This document shows positions 10,335 through 21,600 of a DNA stretch of 53,070 nucleotides, one piece after another. Below the pieces are notes generated by a model, which was not told the DNA's origin, searched no databases, and worked only from the letters and a program-made list of their open reading frames with translations. The position numbers and the translations under genes were made by a program. The stretch comes from Kiritimatiellia bacterium (GTDB taxonomy: Bacteria; Verrucomicrobiota; Kiritimatiellia; RFP12; JBMNHG01), in assembly GCA_050950285.1 (NCBI GenBank), contig JBMNHG010000004.1, forward strand, positions 124,001-177,070, given 5' to 3'. Position 1 is the stretch's first letter. Each line of letters starts with the position of its first letter.

Positions 10335-12569
10335 ATGAGCACCGAAGCCCTCCAAGACTACGTTTTTACATCGAAATACAGCCGGTACATCCCCGAAAAG
10401 ATGCGTCGCGAGACCTTCGACGAAGCCGTCGACCGCGTCATCGACATGCATCGCCGGCATTTCGCCGCGAAGGGGATGGATGTGGAGGATCTGCTCGCCA
10501 TCTGCTCCAAGGCCATGCATGGGAAGCTGATGCTCGGAAGCCAGCGCGCCATGCAGTTCGGCGGCGATCCCATCCTCCGCAAGAATGCCCGCATCTACAA
10601 CTGCACCACCTCCTATTGCGACCGCCCGCGCTTCTTCCAGGAGGCGCTTTGGCTCCTGCTTTGCGGTTGCGGCGTGGGCTTCTCCGTCCAGAAGCACCAC
10701 ATCGCCAAACTGCCCCCCATCCAGCTCCCCACCGGCCCGCACGCCACCTTCGTGGTGCCCGACACCATCGAAGGCTGGGCGGACGCCCTGGGCGCACTCC
10801 TCTCCACCTACTTCACGGAAAACCAGCCGCTCCCGGAATTCGCCGGGAAGATCGTCGACTTCGACTACTCCATCGTCCGCCCGAAAGGCCGCCCCATCTC
10901 CTCCGGCATGGGCCGGGCGCCCGGCCCCGAGCCCCTTCGCCGCAGCATCGAGCTCATCCGCAACCTCCTCGACCGATGCGTCGCCGGCGGGAAGACTACG
11001 CTCCGCCCCATCGATGCCTACGACATCCTGATGCACGCCTCCGACGCCGTCCTTTCGGGGGGCGTCCGCCGTAGCGCCACCATCTGCCTCTTCTCGCCGG
11101 AAGACGAGGAGATGGCCACCGCCAAGACCGGCAACTGGTTCCAGGAAAACCCCCAGCGCGCCCGTTCGAACAACTCCGCCATGCTCCTGCGGAGCACCAC
11201 CACGCGCGAGCAGTTCTCGAAACTCATGAAGTCCGTGCGCGAGTTCGGCGAACCCGGCTTCGTCTGGACCGACGACCTGGACTGCACCTTCAACCCCTGC
11301 GCCGAAATCGGCCTGTATCCGCAGATCGACAACCAAACCGGCTTCGCCTTCTGCAACCTCTGCGAAATCAACATGGGCGCCGTCAACACCCCCGAGCTCT
11401 TCGAGGAAGCCTGCCGCGCCGCCGCGATTCTCGGCACCCTCCAGGCCGACTATACCGACTTCGAATACCTCGGCGAACTCTCCAGCCGCATCGCGAAACG
11501 CGAGGCCCTCCTCGGCATCTCGATGACCGGCATGATGGAGCACCCGAAGATCGCCTTCGACGCCGGACTCCAGCGCAAGATGGCGCACCTGATCCTCGAG
11601 GTCAACGAGAAGGTCGCCGCCCGCATCGGCATCAACCCCGCCGCCCGCGCCACCTGCGTCAAGCCCGCCGGCACCACCAGCTGCATCCTGGGAACCTCCT
11701 CCGGCATCCATCCCCACCACGCCCGCCGCTACTTCCGCCGCGCCCAGGCCAACGAGGACGAACTCCTCGTCGACTTCTTCCGCGCCCAGAACCCCGGCGC
11801 CGTCGAGCCCTCCGTATGGAACCCCAACGGCACCGACGTCGTCCTCACCTTCTGCATCGAGGCGAGCCCCGAGGCCGTCACCAAGCGTGACGTCAGCGCC
11901 GTGGATCTCCTCAAGACGGTCAAGCTCACCAAGAAAAACTGGATCGACTCCGGCAAGCGCGTCGATCGCTGCGCCCAGCCCTGGCTCTCCCACAATGTCT
12001 CGAACACCATCTCCGTGAAGGACGACGAGTGGGGCGCCGTCGAGGACTACATCTACGAGAACCGCGACGCCTTCGCCGGCATCTCCCTCCTCCCCGAAGG
12101 CGGCGACCTCGACTACCCGCAGGCCCCGTTCTGCTCCGTCCCCACCGCTTCCGAAATCGTCGGGTTCTACGGCGTCGGCGCCCTCATGTCCTCCGGTCTT
12201 ATCGTGGACGGCCTCCGCGCCTTCGACGACAACCTCTGGGCCGCCTGCGACTGCGTCCTCGGCCGTGGCGAGGACCTCGAGGCACCCACCCCGCGCATCT
12301 ACCCGAAGCGCGTCTACGAGGCCATCGAAGGCGTCCGCAACGAACGCCTCGACTGGGTGCGCCGCGCGAAGAAATTCGCCCGGAACTACTTTGGCGGCGA
12401 CCTCCTCAAGATGACCCGATGCCTCAAGCGCGTCCACAACTGCAAGCTCTGGGAGGATCTCAACCGCACCGGAGTCGCGGTCGACTATACCCAGCTCATC
12501 GAACGCCAGGACAACACCACCGTCACCAAGACCGTCGCCTGCGCCGGCGGCAAGTGCGACATCCTCTGA
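10335..12569 (+). CDS. nrdJ: Class II (B12-dependent) ribonucleotide reductase, monomeric RTPR type, no ATP cone
   Basis: YNC, GGVRRSA, NPCAEI, CNLCE, VKPAGTTS, terminal CAGGKCDIL; no adjacent nrdB. Confidence 0.85.
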   Translation: MSTEALQDYVFTSKYSRYIPEKMRRETFDEAVDRVIDMHRRHFAAKGMDVEDLLAICSKAMHGKLMLGSQRAMQFGGDPILRKNARIYNCTTSYCDRPRFFQEALWLLLCGCGVGFSVQKHHIAKLPPIQLPTGPHATFVVPDTIEGWADALGALLSTYFTENQPLPEFAGKIVDFDYSIVRPKGRPISSGMGRAPGPEPLRRSIELIRNLLDRCVAGGKTTLRPIDAYDILMHASDAVLSGGVRRSATICLFSPEDEEMATAKTGNWFQENPQRARSNNSAMLLRSTTTREQFSKLMKSVREFGEPGFVWTDDLDCTFNPCAEIGLYPQIDNQTGFAFCNLCEINMGAVNTPELFEEACRAAAILGTLQADYTDFEYLGELSSRIAKREALLGISMTGMMEHPKIAFDAGLQRKMAHLILEVNEKVAARIGINPAARATCVKPAGTTSCILGTSSGIHPHHARRYFRRAQANEDELLVDFFRAQNPGAVEPSVWNPNGTDVVLTFCIEASPEAVTKRDVSAVDLLKTVKLTKKNWIDSGKRVDRCAQPWLSHNVSNTISVKDDEWGAVEDYIYENRDAFAGISLLPEGGDLDYPQAPFCSVPTASEIVGFYGVGALMSSGLIVDGLRAFDDNLWAACDCVLGRGEDLEAPTPRIYPKRVYEAIEGVRNERLDWVRRAKKFARNYFGGDLLKMTRCLKRVHNCKLWEDLNRTGVAVDYTQLIERQDNTTVTKTVACAGGKCDIL

Positions 12570-12614
12570 TTTCCCCCTCCAACCCCTCCACCCTTGTTCC
12601 TCCAGGAGTCCGAC

Positions 12615-14591
12615 ATGCCCGAAAGCCTGCGCTTCCGCCAAATCCACCTCGACTTCCACACGTCGCCCTGCATCCCCGACGTCGGCGTCGACTTCGATCC
12701 CGACGCCTTCGCCGACACCATGGCCCGCGCCCATGTGGACAGCGTGACCGTCTTCGCGAAATGCCACCACGGCCACCTGTACTACGACACGAAGCACCCC
12801 GCCCGCCACCCCGGCATGAAGCCCGGGCTGGATCTCCTCGCCGGCCAGGTGGAGGCCCTCCGCAAGCGGGACATCAAGGCCCCCATCTACATCTCCGTCC
12901 AGTGCGACGAGTTCGCTGCCAACAACCATCCCGAATGGCGCGTGATCACCCCCGACGGCGCCCTCGCCGGGCATCCCCTCAACCCCGGCTGGCACATCTG
13001 CGACATGTCCAGCCCCTACCAGGACTACCTCGCCGAACAGATCGACGAGGTGCTCGAACGCTTCGCCCCCATCGACGGCTGCTTCCTCGACATGTGCTGG
13101 GACCAGCCGAGCATCTCCACCTGGGCCATCAAGGGCATGGTCAAGGCCGGCCTCGACCCCCGCAAGCCCGAAGACCGCGACCTCTACGCCCATCGGGTCG
13201 TCCACCAGTACATGAAGCGCTACTTCGACCAGATCAACGCCGCCCACAAGAAGAACGCGGCCGTCCGCATCTGGTTCAACTCCCGCCCGCTCTCCTACCT
13301 CCCCGAAGAGACCAAGTTCCTCCGCCACGTCGAGGTCGAGTCCCTCGCGACCGGCGGCTGGGGCTACACCTACTTCCCGCTGAACATTCGCCTCGTCCGC
13401 AACTACGGCATGCCGACCCTCGGCATGACCGCCCGGTTCCACAAGAGCTGGGCCGACTTCGGCGGGCTCAAGCCCGAGGCCGCGCTCATGTACGAGTGCA
13501 CGCAGTCCATCGCCAACGGCGCACGCTGCAGCGTGGGCGACCAGCTCCACCCGCGCGGCACGCTCGATCCCGCCGCCTATGACCTGATCGGCAAGGTGTA
13601 CGCCTACATCGAATCCTGCGAGCCGTGGTGCACGGACGCCCTCCCCGTCACCGAAATCGCCGTGCTCCGGCCGCTCTCCACCTCGTACCACACCGCCGGC
13701 GGCGACGCCCTCGAAGGCTCCGTGCGCATGCTCCAGCAGCTCCGCCAGCAGTTCGACTACATCCCGTCGGACGGCGGCGACTTCTCGAAGTACCGGCTCG
13801 TGATCGTGCCCGAATGCGTCACGGTGGACAAGGCGCTCGCCGCCAGGCTGCTCGCCTTCGCGAAGAAGGGCGGCGCGGTCATCCTCTCCGGAAAGGCCGC
13901 GCTGGACGACAAGGGCCAGCCCGTGCTCGGCGCCGCCCAGGGCATCCGGACCTTCGGCGATTCACCCTATCAGGCGACCTACCTCCGCTTCAACGGCCCG
14001 ATGGCCGACGGCATCGCCGCCACCGACCACATCATGTACGACCGCGGCTTCCGCATGAAGGCCGCCGCCGGCGCCAAGGGCTTCGTGAACGTCGTCGAAC
14101 CCTACTTCGACCGCCAGTGGAACCACTTCTCCTCGCACAGCCAGACGCCGCCCGCCCGGAAGTCCACCTACGTCGCCGCCGTGCGCAACGGGACCCTCTT
14201 CACGATCGCCTATCCCATCTTCACGGCCTACGCCGCGCACGGCAACCTTCCCTACCGCCACTTCGTGGGCAAGTGCATCGAGCAGCTCCTCCCCGACCCC
14301 CTCGTCAAGGCTGGCGGCCCGAGCTTCCTCGAAGCCACGCTCAACAAGCAGGGCAAGCGGAGCATCGTCCACCTCGTGGCCTACTGCCCCCAGCGCCGCG
14401 CGCAGAATCTCGACATCGTCGAAGACGCCACGGACGTCCTCGACCTCCCGCTCTCCGTGAAGCTCCCCAAGGCTCCGAAGTCGGCCACCCTCCAGCCCTC
14501 GGGCCAAAGCCTCATCTGCGAGTACAAGGACGGCCGCGCCAACGTCGTGATCCCCGCCTTCTCGGGCCACACGATGGTCGTCTTCGAATAA
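12615..14591 (+). CDS. Glycoside hydrolase, GH151/GHL6-like alpha-L-fucosidase with trimerisation domain
   Basis: FRQIHLDFHTS, FAKCHHG, RFHKSWADFGG, GDQLHP; AGGAG RBS. Confidence 0.75.
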   Translation: MPESLRFRQIHLDFHTSPCIPDVGVDFDPDAFADTMARAHVDSVTVFAKCHHGHLYYDTKHPARHPGMKPGLDLLAGQVEALRKRDIKAPIYISVQCDEFAANNHPEWRVITPDGALAGHPLNPGWHICDMSSPYQDYLAEQIDEVLERFAPIDGCFLDMCWDQPSISTWAIKGMVKAGLDPRKPEDRDLYAHRVVHQYMKRYFDQINAAHKKNAAVRIWFNSRPLSYLPEETKFLRHVEVESLATGGWGYTYFPLNIRLVRNYGMPTLGMTARFHKSWADFGGLKPEAALMYECTQSIANGARCSVGDQLHPRGTLDPAAYDLIGKVYAYIESCEPWCTDALPVTEIAVLRPLSTSYHTAGGDALEGSVRMLQQLRQQFDYIPSDGGDFSKYRLVIVPECVTVDKALAARLLAFAKKGGAVILSGKAALDDKGQPVLGAAQGIRTFGDSPYQATYLRFNGPMADGIAATDHIMYDRGFRMKAAAGAKGFVNVVEPYFDRQWNHFSSHSQTPPARKSTYVAAVRNGTLFTIAYPIFTAYAAHGNLPYRHFVGKCIEQLLPDPLVKAGGPSFLEATLNKQGKRSIVHLVAYCPQRRAQNLDIVEDATDVLDLPLSVKLPKAPKSATLQPSGQSLICEYKDGRANVVIPAFSGHTMVVFE

Positions 14592-14709
14592 GCCCCCCGC
14601 ACTTCGCCCGCTCTCCCGTCCGCCCCGCCACGACGTCCGCGACGCCTTGCGGGGCGGGGGAGGGGAGGGTCCCCTGCTTCCGCGGAGTCCCTCCGCCTGG
14701 GTTGGCGGC

Positions 14710-14738
14710 TTGAAAGGCCCGGCGGCGTGCCGTACACT
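14710..14738 (+). promoter_or_regulatory. Putative sigma-70 promoter (leaderless geometry)
   Basis: TTGAAA-N17-TACACT, then 7 nt to ATG 14746. Confidence 0.55.
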
Positions 14739-14745
14739 TCCCCCC

Positions 14746-16095
14746 ATGCCGAACGACCCACCCAAGGAAACCCGGATTCCGAAGCGCGCCGCGATCGGGT
14801 TCGATGATTCCGACGCGCCGCGCCCCGTCTGCTCGATGGCTTCGCGCTCCGGCGGCGCGCCGCTTTTCGGGGACGCCGACCCCGCGCACCCCGCCGTGTC
14901 GGCACGCCTTCGCTCGGGCGCCCGCTGCGCCGCCGCCTGCGGCGGGGCCGCGCTGTTCGCCGTCCGCCTCGACCTCCCCGCCGCAGCGCGCCGCGGACGC
15001 CATGCCCGGGAGGCCGTCGAGGCCCTGCTGGACACCCGGCTCGCCTTCCCCGTGGAGGAGGCCCGCTACGTGCTGCTCCGCGAGCCGGACGGCGCCTCCG
15101 CCACCGCGTTCGTCATGCGACGCCCCGACGTCGCCCGGCGCCTCGAGGCCCTGGGCCACGCCGGATGCGACCCCGAGTTCCTCGTTCCGGAACCCCTCGC
15201 CCTCTGGCGCCGGCGCCTCGCGGACCCGACGGATTCCACGGACGGCCTGCATGTGCTGGTCCATGCCTGCGCCGGCTCGTGGACCCTCGTCGTGGGGGAG
15301 GGGGCCCACCTCCTCGCTTCGCTCTCCATCGCCCCCGGCGACGGCGCGATCGCCCGCCGCACCCTCCAGGTGCTCGCCCCCGGAACCCCGCCCTCCGCCG
15401 TGCGCTGGTTCCTGTGCGGGCCGGAAGCCCGCCCCGGACCGGATTGGGAGCGCTTCCGCGAAACCGCCGGCCTCCCCGACGCGACCTCCCCGGCGGTTCC
15501 GCCGCAGCCCGCCTCCTACCTCGCGGGCGCTCTCGCCCTGCTTGCGCTGGAGAACGGCGCGGACTTCTCCCTCCGCCCCGCCGAGACCCCCTGCCCCGAC
15601 GTCGAAAAGCGCGAAAAACGGCGCGCCGCTTTTGTCCGGATCGCGCTCGTCGCGGCAGCCATCCCGCTGTTCGCGGGCTCGATCGCCGCCTCCCGCGCCG
15701 GCGCCGCCCTCGCCGACAAGGCGGAACGGCAGCTTCGCGACGAAGCCTCGCGCCTCGCCGGGCAACCCCTCCACCTGCGCGGCCCCGCGTTGCTCCAGGC
15801 CGCGCGCAGGATGTTCGACGAACGCCTCGACCCCGATGTCGAGGCGTGGATCGGCCGCCCCGGCGCCGCCGTGATCCGCGACACGCTCCAAATCGCCGCC
15901 CTCCGCGACATCTCGATCCACCTGCTGCGCTTCGAGGACGGACGCCTGACCCTCTCCGGCACCGCCGCCACCGCCGCCGACATCGACGCCCTCGAGCTCG
16001 CGCTCCGCGACGCCGGTTTCCCCGCCGCCTTCGTGCGCACCGCAAGCGAGGACGCCATCGCCTTCTCCGGAACCGCCGTGGAGGTGTCGCCATGA
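14746..16095 (+). CDS. GspL/PilM-PilN-like secretion/pilus assembly protein
   Basis: Cytoplasmic domain (LAFPVEEA, LVPEPLAL), one TM, periplasmic LTLSGTA..IDALELAL. Confidence 0.5.
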   Translation: MPNDPPKETRIPKRAAIGFDDSDAPRPVCSMASRSGGAPLFGDADPAHPAVSARLRSGARCAAACGGAALFAVRLDLPAAARRGRHAREAVEALLDTRLAFPVEEARYVLLREPDGASATAFVMRRPDVARRLEALGHAGCDPEFLVPEPLALWRRRLADPTDSTDGLHVLVHACAGSWTLVVGEGAHLLASLSIAPGDGAIARRTLQVLAPGTPPSAVRWFLCGPEARPGPDWERFRETAGLPDATSPAVPPQPASYLAGALALLALENGADFSLRPAETPCPDVEKREKRRAAFVRIALVAAAIPLFAGSIAASRAGAALADKAERQLRDEASRLAGQPLHLRGPALLQAARRMFDERLDPDVEAWIGRPGAAVIRDTLQIAALRDISIHLLRFEDGRLTLSGTAATAADIDALELALRDAGFPAAFVRTASEDAIAFSGTAVEVSP

Positions 16096-16598
16096 CCTTC
16101 TCCCCCCGCCCCTGGATCGCCCCCGCCCTCTTCCTTGCCGCCGTCGCCGCCGCGTGCGTCGCGCTCTCGTCGCTTGCGAAGTCCAAGCAGCGCGTCGCGG
16201 CGGCCCATCGCGCGCGGGCCGGGCTCGCCCCCGACTTGCGCCGCCTCGCCGCCTACGAAGACGCCGGGGCCGCCCTCGCCGCATCCTGGGAGGGGGCGGA
16301 TCCGCGGCGCGCCGCGGATCCCCTCGCCCTGCTTCGCGACGCCGGCTTCCCCGAGCCCGCCGAAACGAGCGTCCAGACCGCCGAACACGAGGCGTGGAGG
16401 GCCGTCCGGGCGAAGCTGGCGTGGCCCGGAATCGCCCCGTCGAACGCCATGGCCATTGCCACGCTCTTCTCCGAAGCGCGCCCGCCCTGGCGCATCGAAC
16501 GCTTCCTTGCCGAGCCGCTGCCGGATGGACGGCATGCCGCGCTTTCTCTCGGGCTCGTGCTCCTCCAGCCCGGGACGACGCCCGCACCGGCCCAATAA
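16092..16598 (+). CDS. GspM/PilO-like bitopic membrane protein
   Basis: ATGA overlap with upstream gene; N-terminal TM, coiled segment, small periplasmic domain. Confidence 0.4.
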   Translation: MTFSPRPWIAPALFLAAVAAACVALSSLAKSKQRVAAAHRARAGLAPDLRRLAAYEDAGAALAASWEGADPRRAADPLALLRDAGFPEPAETSVQTAEHEAWRAVRAKLAWPGIAPSNAMAIATLFSEARPPWRIERFLAEPLPDGRHAALSLGLVLLQPGTTPAPAQ

Positions 16599-16613
16599 AG
16601 GACGCCTTCCGCC

Positions 16614-17747
16614 ATGAATCCCATCCCCCGATCCCGCGTCTGGCTCGACATCGACCTCCAGGCGCTTTGCGACAACTTCCGTGCCATCGCCCGCAAGGTC
16701 CCGGCCTGCAAGGTGATCGCCGTGCTCAAGGCGAACGCCTATGGCATGGGAGCCTCCGTCTATGCCGAGGTCCTCTCCCGGTGCGGCGCAGCGGGCTTCG
16801 GCGTAGCGGAACCCGCGGAAGCCTTTCCCCTCCTCCCGTACAAGGTGCCCGTCCAGATCCTGTCAAGCGTCCTCCCCGAGGAAATCGAAGACGCCGCCGC
16901 AGCCGGCATCCGCCTTCCCGTGACCGACCTGGAGACCGCGCGGAAGATCGAGCGCGCCGGCGCCCGGCTCGATCGCCGCGTCAAGGTGCATGTCAAAATC
17001 GATACCGGCATGGGACGCCTCGGCATCCAGCTGCGCGACGCGCGCGACGTCGTTTCCAAGCTGGCCACCCTCCCGCATGTCGAGATCGAAGGCATCTTCT
17101 CGCACTTCCCCAATGCCTATGCCGAGAACGACGAAGGAACCCGCCGGCAGGTCGCCGATTTCGTCTCGCTCATCCACGACCTCGAAGCCCGGGGGATCCA
17201 CATCCCGAAGCGCCACATCGCGAACTCCGACGGCATCCAGAATGTGGCCGAAGCGCATCTCCCGCCCTTCAACCACGTCCGCACCGGCATCAACCTGCAT
17301 GGGCTGTTCGACGACGAAGGCGCACGTACCGTCGACCTCCGCCCCGTGGCCGCGCTCCGCACCCGCCTCGTCTCCATCCGCCGCCTGCCGGCCGGCACGT
17401 CCATCGGATACGGCCGCACCTGCGTGCTCGAACGCGAAACCCTCGTGGGCGTCGTCGCCGCCGGATACGCCGACGGCATGCCGCTCGCCCTCTCGAACCA
17501 CGGCCGCATCCTCCTGCGCGGCCGCGCCTGCCCCGTGCTCGGGCGCATCTCGATGGACTACACCACCCTCTCCCTCGAAGCCGTTCCGGACGCGCAAGTG
17601 GGCGACATCGCGACCTGCATCGGACGCGACGGCGACCTCGAAATCGGCGTGAACGAATGGGCGCACCTCAAGAACACCCATCCCTACGAGGTGATCTGCG
17701 GCTTCGGCAATCGCGTCCAGCGCCACTACCATCCCCTCCACGCCTGA
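16614..17747 (+). CDS. alr: Alanine racemase
   Basis: AVLKANAYG PLP lysine, KIDTGMGRLG, GYADG, GRISMD. Confidence 0.95.
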   Translation: MNPIPRSRVWLDIDLQALCDNFRAIARKVPACKVIAVLKANAYGMGASVYAEVLSRCGAAGFGVAEPAEAFPLLPYKVPVQILSSVLPEEIEDAAAAGIRLPVTDLETARKIERAGARLDRRVKVHVKIDTGMGRLGIQLRDARDVVSKLATLPHVEIEGIFSHFPNAYAENDEGTRRQVADFVSLIHDLEARGIHIPKRHIANSDGIQNVAEAHLPPFNHVRTGINLHGLFDDEGARTVDLRPVAALRTRLVSIRRLPAGTSIGYGRTCVLERETLVGVVAAGYADGMPLALSNHGRILLRGRACPVLGRISMDYTTLSLEAVPDAQVGDIATCIGRDGDLEIGVNEWAHLKNTHPYEVICGFGNRVQRHYHPLHA

Positions 17748-17784
17748 TTCTGCCGCCTCCACCTCGCTTTCCGTCGCGCAGCGC

Positions 17785-18540
17785 ATGAACTCCGATTCCT
17801 CCAACGAACAGGGAGAGACCCGCCTGGACCGCACCCGCAGCCTCCTGGGCGATGCGGCGATGCGGCGGCTCGCGCGATCCCGCGTGCTCGTCGTGGGAGT
17901 CGGCGGCGTCGGCTCCTTCGCCGCGGAATGCCTGGCCCGTTCCGGGGTGGGGCGCCTCGTGCTCGCCGATCCGGATTCCGTGTGCCTTTCGAACCTCAAC
18001 CGCCAGCTCCAGGCGACCACCGCGACCCTCGGACGCCCCAAGGCGGAAGCCATGGCCGATCGCTTGCGCGACGTCGCGCCCGAACTCGATGTCCGCCCCG
18101 TCGTCGCCGCCTATTCCCCCGACCATCCGGACGCATTGCTCGATCCCGCACCCGATTTCGTGGTGGACGCCATCGACAGCCTCGGCGCCAAGTGCCACCT
18201 CCTCGCGACCTGCCGCGAGCGCGGAATCCCCGTGGTTACCTCCACCGGCTCCGCCGGACGAATCGACCCCTCGCGCGTTCGCGTGGACGACCTCGCCCGC
18301 ACCGACGTCGATCCGCTGGCCAAGATGGCGAGGAAACTCCTCCGCCGACGCTACCGTTTCCCCCCGCGCGGGCGATTCGGCATCCCGGCTGTCTTCTCCA
18401 CCGAAGATCCCAACGCACCGGACGCCCCCGGCGCCGTTCCCTCCGCCCCTTCCGCCCCGCGCGGCTCGATGGCCTGCGTTACGGGCGTCTTCGGGCTGAA
18501 CTGCGCGGCCATCGTCCTGCGCGCGCTCGCGGGACGCTGA
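17785..18540 (+). CDS. tcdA: tRNA threonylcarbamoyladenosine dehydratase (ThiF family)
   Basis: VGVGGVGS, SNLNRQ, VVDAID, DPLAK, VFSTE, GSMACVTGVFG. Confidence 0.85.
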   Translation: MNSDSSNEQGETRLDRTRSLLGDAAMRRLARSRVLVVGVGGVGSFAAECLARSGVGRLVLADPDSVCLSNLNRQLQATTATLGRPKAEAMADRLRDVAPELDVRPVVAAYSPDHPDALLDPAPDFVVDAIDSLGAKCHLLATCRERGIPVVTSTGSAGRIDPSRVRVDDLARTDVDPLAKMARKLLRRRYRFPPRGRFGIPAVFSTEDPNAPDAPGAVPSAPSAPRGSMACVTGVFGLNCAAIVLRALAGR

Positions 18541-18557
18541 CCTTCCCGGCTCGCCCC
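18428..18557 (+). repeat. 130-bp direct repeat, left copy (3' end of tcdA)
   Basis: Matches 24367..24496 with 8 mismatches by hand alignment. Confidence 0.9.
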
Positions 18558-18607
18558 GATGGCGTTTTGTGCTTGACGCCTTTCCACCTCCTTCGCATCA
18601 TGGCGGC

Positions 18608-21600
18608 ATGGATGGGGGGTCGGCTCGTCCCGCCGCCCCCCGGCATGCGGCAACGGTCTTTGCGGGAGTCTCCATGGCGGATTGTTTCCGAAGATTGCAC
18701 ACGCTCCGCTCCGCGCGGCCCGCCGCGGATCCGGCCATCCTGGTCGTCCTGGCCGCGGCCCCCCTGCTCCATGCCGCGGAAGCGCCGGACGACCCCCAGT
18801 GGCGGCAGGCCGCCGATCTGTATGGCAAGCGGCACTGGGCCGACGCCGAAAAGGCTTTCCTGGCCTATGCCAGGCGCTTCCCCGCCCCTCCACGCCGCGC
18901 GGACGCGCTGGTCGGGGCGGGCGCATGCAGCCTGATGCTGCACGACGCCCCCGCCGCCCGCCGCCACTTCGAGAAGGCGGCCTACGACGAGGATGCCCGG
19001 CGCAAGTCCCCCAAGGCCGTCGCGGAGGCCTTCGACCGGCTCCACGCGCTGCTTCTGGAGGAAGGGGCGTCGGCCGCCCGGCGCGCCCGCGTGCTCGACG
19101 ACTGCCGCCGGCGCCTTCCGGACTGTGCCGCGCTCCCGCGGATGCAGGAGCGCGAGGGCGACGCGCTGCTGGCCGCCGGCCTCCACCGCCAGGCGGCGGA
19201 CCGCTACATGTCGGCCGGCGCCGGGCTCTCCCCCGGCGGCACGAACACCCTCCGCCTGCTCCGCGGATGCTTTTCCGTCAGCCCGCCGCCGCTCGACGGG
19301 GCGGACGCCGCGCGGCTTGCCGAGGCGGTCCGGGCCAAGCCCTCCTGTTCCGCCGCCCTGTGCGGCCTGCTGTCCGGGCGCCGCGAAGGCTGGCTGGCCG
19401 AGGACGTCCGGGCGCGGCATCTGCTGGACTCCGGGAAGGCCTCCGAGGCCGCCGCCGCATGGGAAGAGATGCTCCGCCGCCGCCGCGGCCCGCCCGACCG
19501 CATCGCCTTCGCGCGCTGCGAGGCGTTGGCCGCCTGGAAGCCGGGGAAGGGCATCGAGGCGCTGGAGGAGTGGCTGGAGCGCTACAAGGACTCGCCGCTG
19601 CGCGAGCGCGCCGCCGCCTGCCACGCCCTGCTGCCGGCCCGCCATGGCGACCCGGCCGAGGCGGCATCCCGCCTCGGGGCCTTCCTCGGGGAATACCCCG
19701 GCAGCCGCTTCGCGCCCGAGGCCCGGCAGGCGCTGGCCAGGGCGCGCGGCGCATCGGACCGGCTGGAACAGCTCCAGGCGGCGCAGGCCGCCAAGGAGGA
19801 GAGGCGCCGGCGCGACCCGGCGTCGGCCGACCTCGAACGCGCCGAGTCGCTCCTCTCCCAGGGACGCCACGCCGACGCCGAAAAGGCCTTCCTGTCCTTC
19901 CGCGACCGCCGCCGCCATCCGCTGTGGGGGCGCGCCTGGCATGGCCTCGGCAAGGCCCGCCACGCCCGGGGCGACACGCAGGGCGCTCTCGCCGCCTGGG
20001 ACGACCTCTGGCGGCGCTCGCTGGCCGACACCAACGTCCTGTGCGCCGCCCGGGCCCGCCGCGCGGCGGGCGACGCCTGGCTCGAGGATCTCGGCGAGCC
20101 GGCCCGCGCCCTGAAGGCCTACGACGAAGCCGCGTCACGCACCGACTTTTCCGACCCCGCCTTCGACCTCAACCGCGGGCTCGCCCTGCTGATGCTCGGG
20201 CGCGCCCCGGAGGCCGCGGCCGTCTTCACCCGCCGCCGCGACGCGTCCGCCGGCGACAAGGCCGAGTTCCTGCGCTGGGACCGCCTCGCGAAGGAGTGCG
20301 CCGCCGGACGCCTGGAGCCGCCCCCGCGCGGCCTGCTCCCCGTCCAGCGCCGCGCCCGTACCGACCTGGCGATGGCCGACGCCCTCCTCGCGGCCGGCGA
20401 GCCGGCCCGCGCCCTGAGGCTCTACCGCCGCGCGTCCGCCCCCCTGGCGGGCCACGAGGGGGCCGACCGGTGCGACCTGGGCATGGCGCTCGCCCTGGCC
20501 GCCCTCGGCCGGCCGAAGGAGGCGCTCGCCCTCTACGGGCGTTTCACGGGCGATCACGGGCGCAGCCCGCTGGCCGCCGGAGCCCTGCTCCGCGCCGGCA
20601 CGCTCTGCGCCTCGCCCCGCGTGAACGACTTCAAAGGCGCCTGCCAGTGGTTCGCCCGGGTCGTCGAAAACCACCCCGGCACGCGCGAGGCCGAGGCGGC
20701 GGAGTTCTATGCCGCCACCCTCGCCTGGCGCGGGCGCAAGTGGGCCGAGGCCGAAAAACTCCACAAGGCCTTCGCCGCCAACCATCCCGGCTCGCCGCTG
20801 GCGCGCGTGGCCCTCGACGAGCGCCTCCCCGCCATCGCCAGGAAATCGCTGGAGGTGCCGACAGGCGGAGGGATCGACCGCACAAACACGGTCTACGTGG
20901 CTCCCGGCAGCCGCAAGCGCTCGGCCTTTCCGATCGTCAAGGAGGGCGCCTATAGCGCCTGCCTGGATATCCGCAGCGAACGGGCGTTCAAGGAGTCGCA
21001 CGTCGAGGATGTCGACCCGCGCGACGGCACCGCGCTCTGGACCGGGCCCACGGTGAAAAGCCCGTCCTGGCACCGCTACCACCTCTCCGACGCCTACTCC
21101 AGCCAGGAGTACGTGATGGTGCGGGGGACTTTCGCGGAGCCGTCCGGCCGAGGCGGCGGCGTCGGCGGCGGCCTGCCGCCCTTCCGCGTCACCGTTCCGT
21201 CGGTCGACGTCGACTGGGCGGGCTTTGCCGGTCCGGCGGACGAAAACGGGGAGGAGGCCCGCTTCGTCGTCGTGCCGCTCAACACCAACAAGGCGGACGA
21301 CATCCGCGGGATCAAGCTCCACGACCCCTTCGACGACGACCAGCGAAACGGTCGCCCCCGATTCCCGCATGGCAAGCCCGTCCATCCCGACATCACGCTC
21401 CATTGGGAGGCGGGGAACCCGCTCGCCCTGCTCGGGGGCACCACGGTTTACACGGACAAAATCGGGATCGACGCCGGGGAGGTCGCCTGGCCGCTGGATT
21501 ACGCCGTCATCCCGCGTCATTCGGCCATTTCCTTCAGGATATTCGCCAGGGGACAGGCTGACAACGTGACGGGCGAGAAGGCGATCGACACGATCCACGG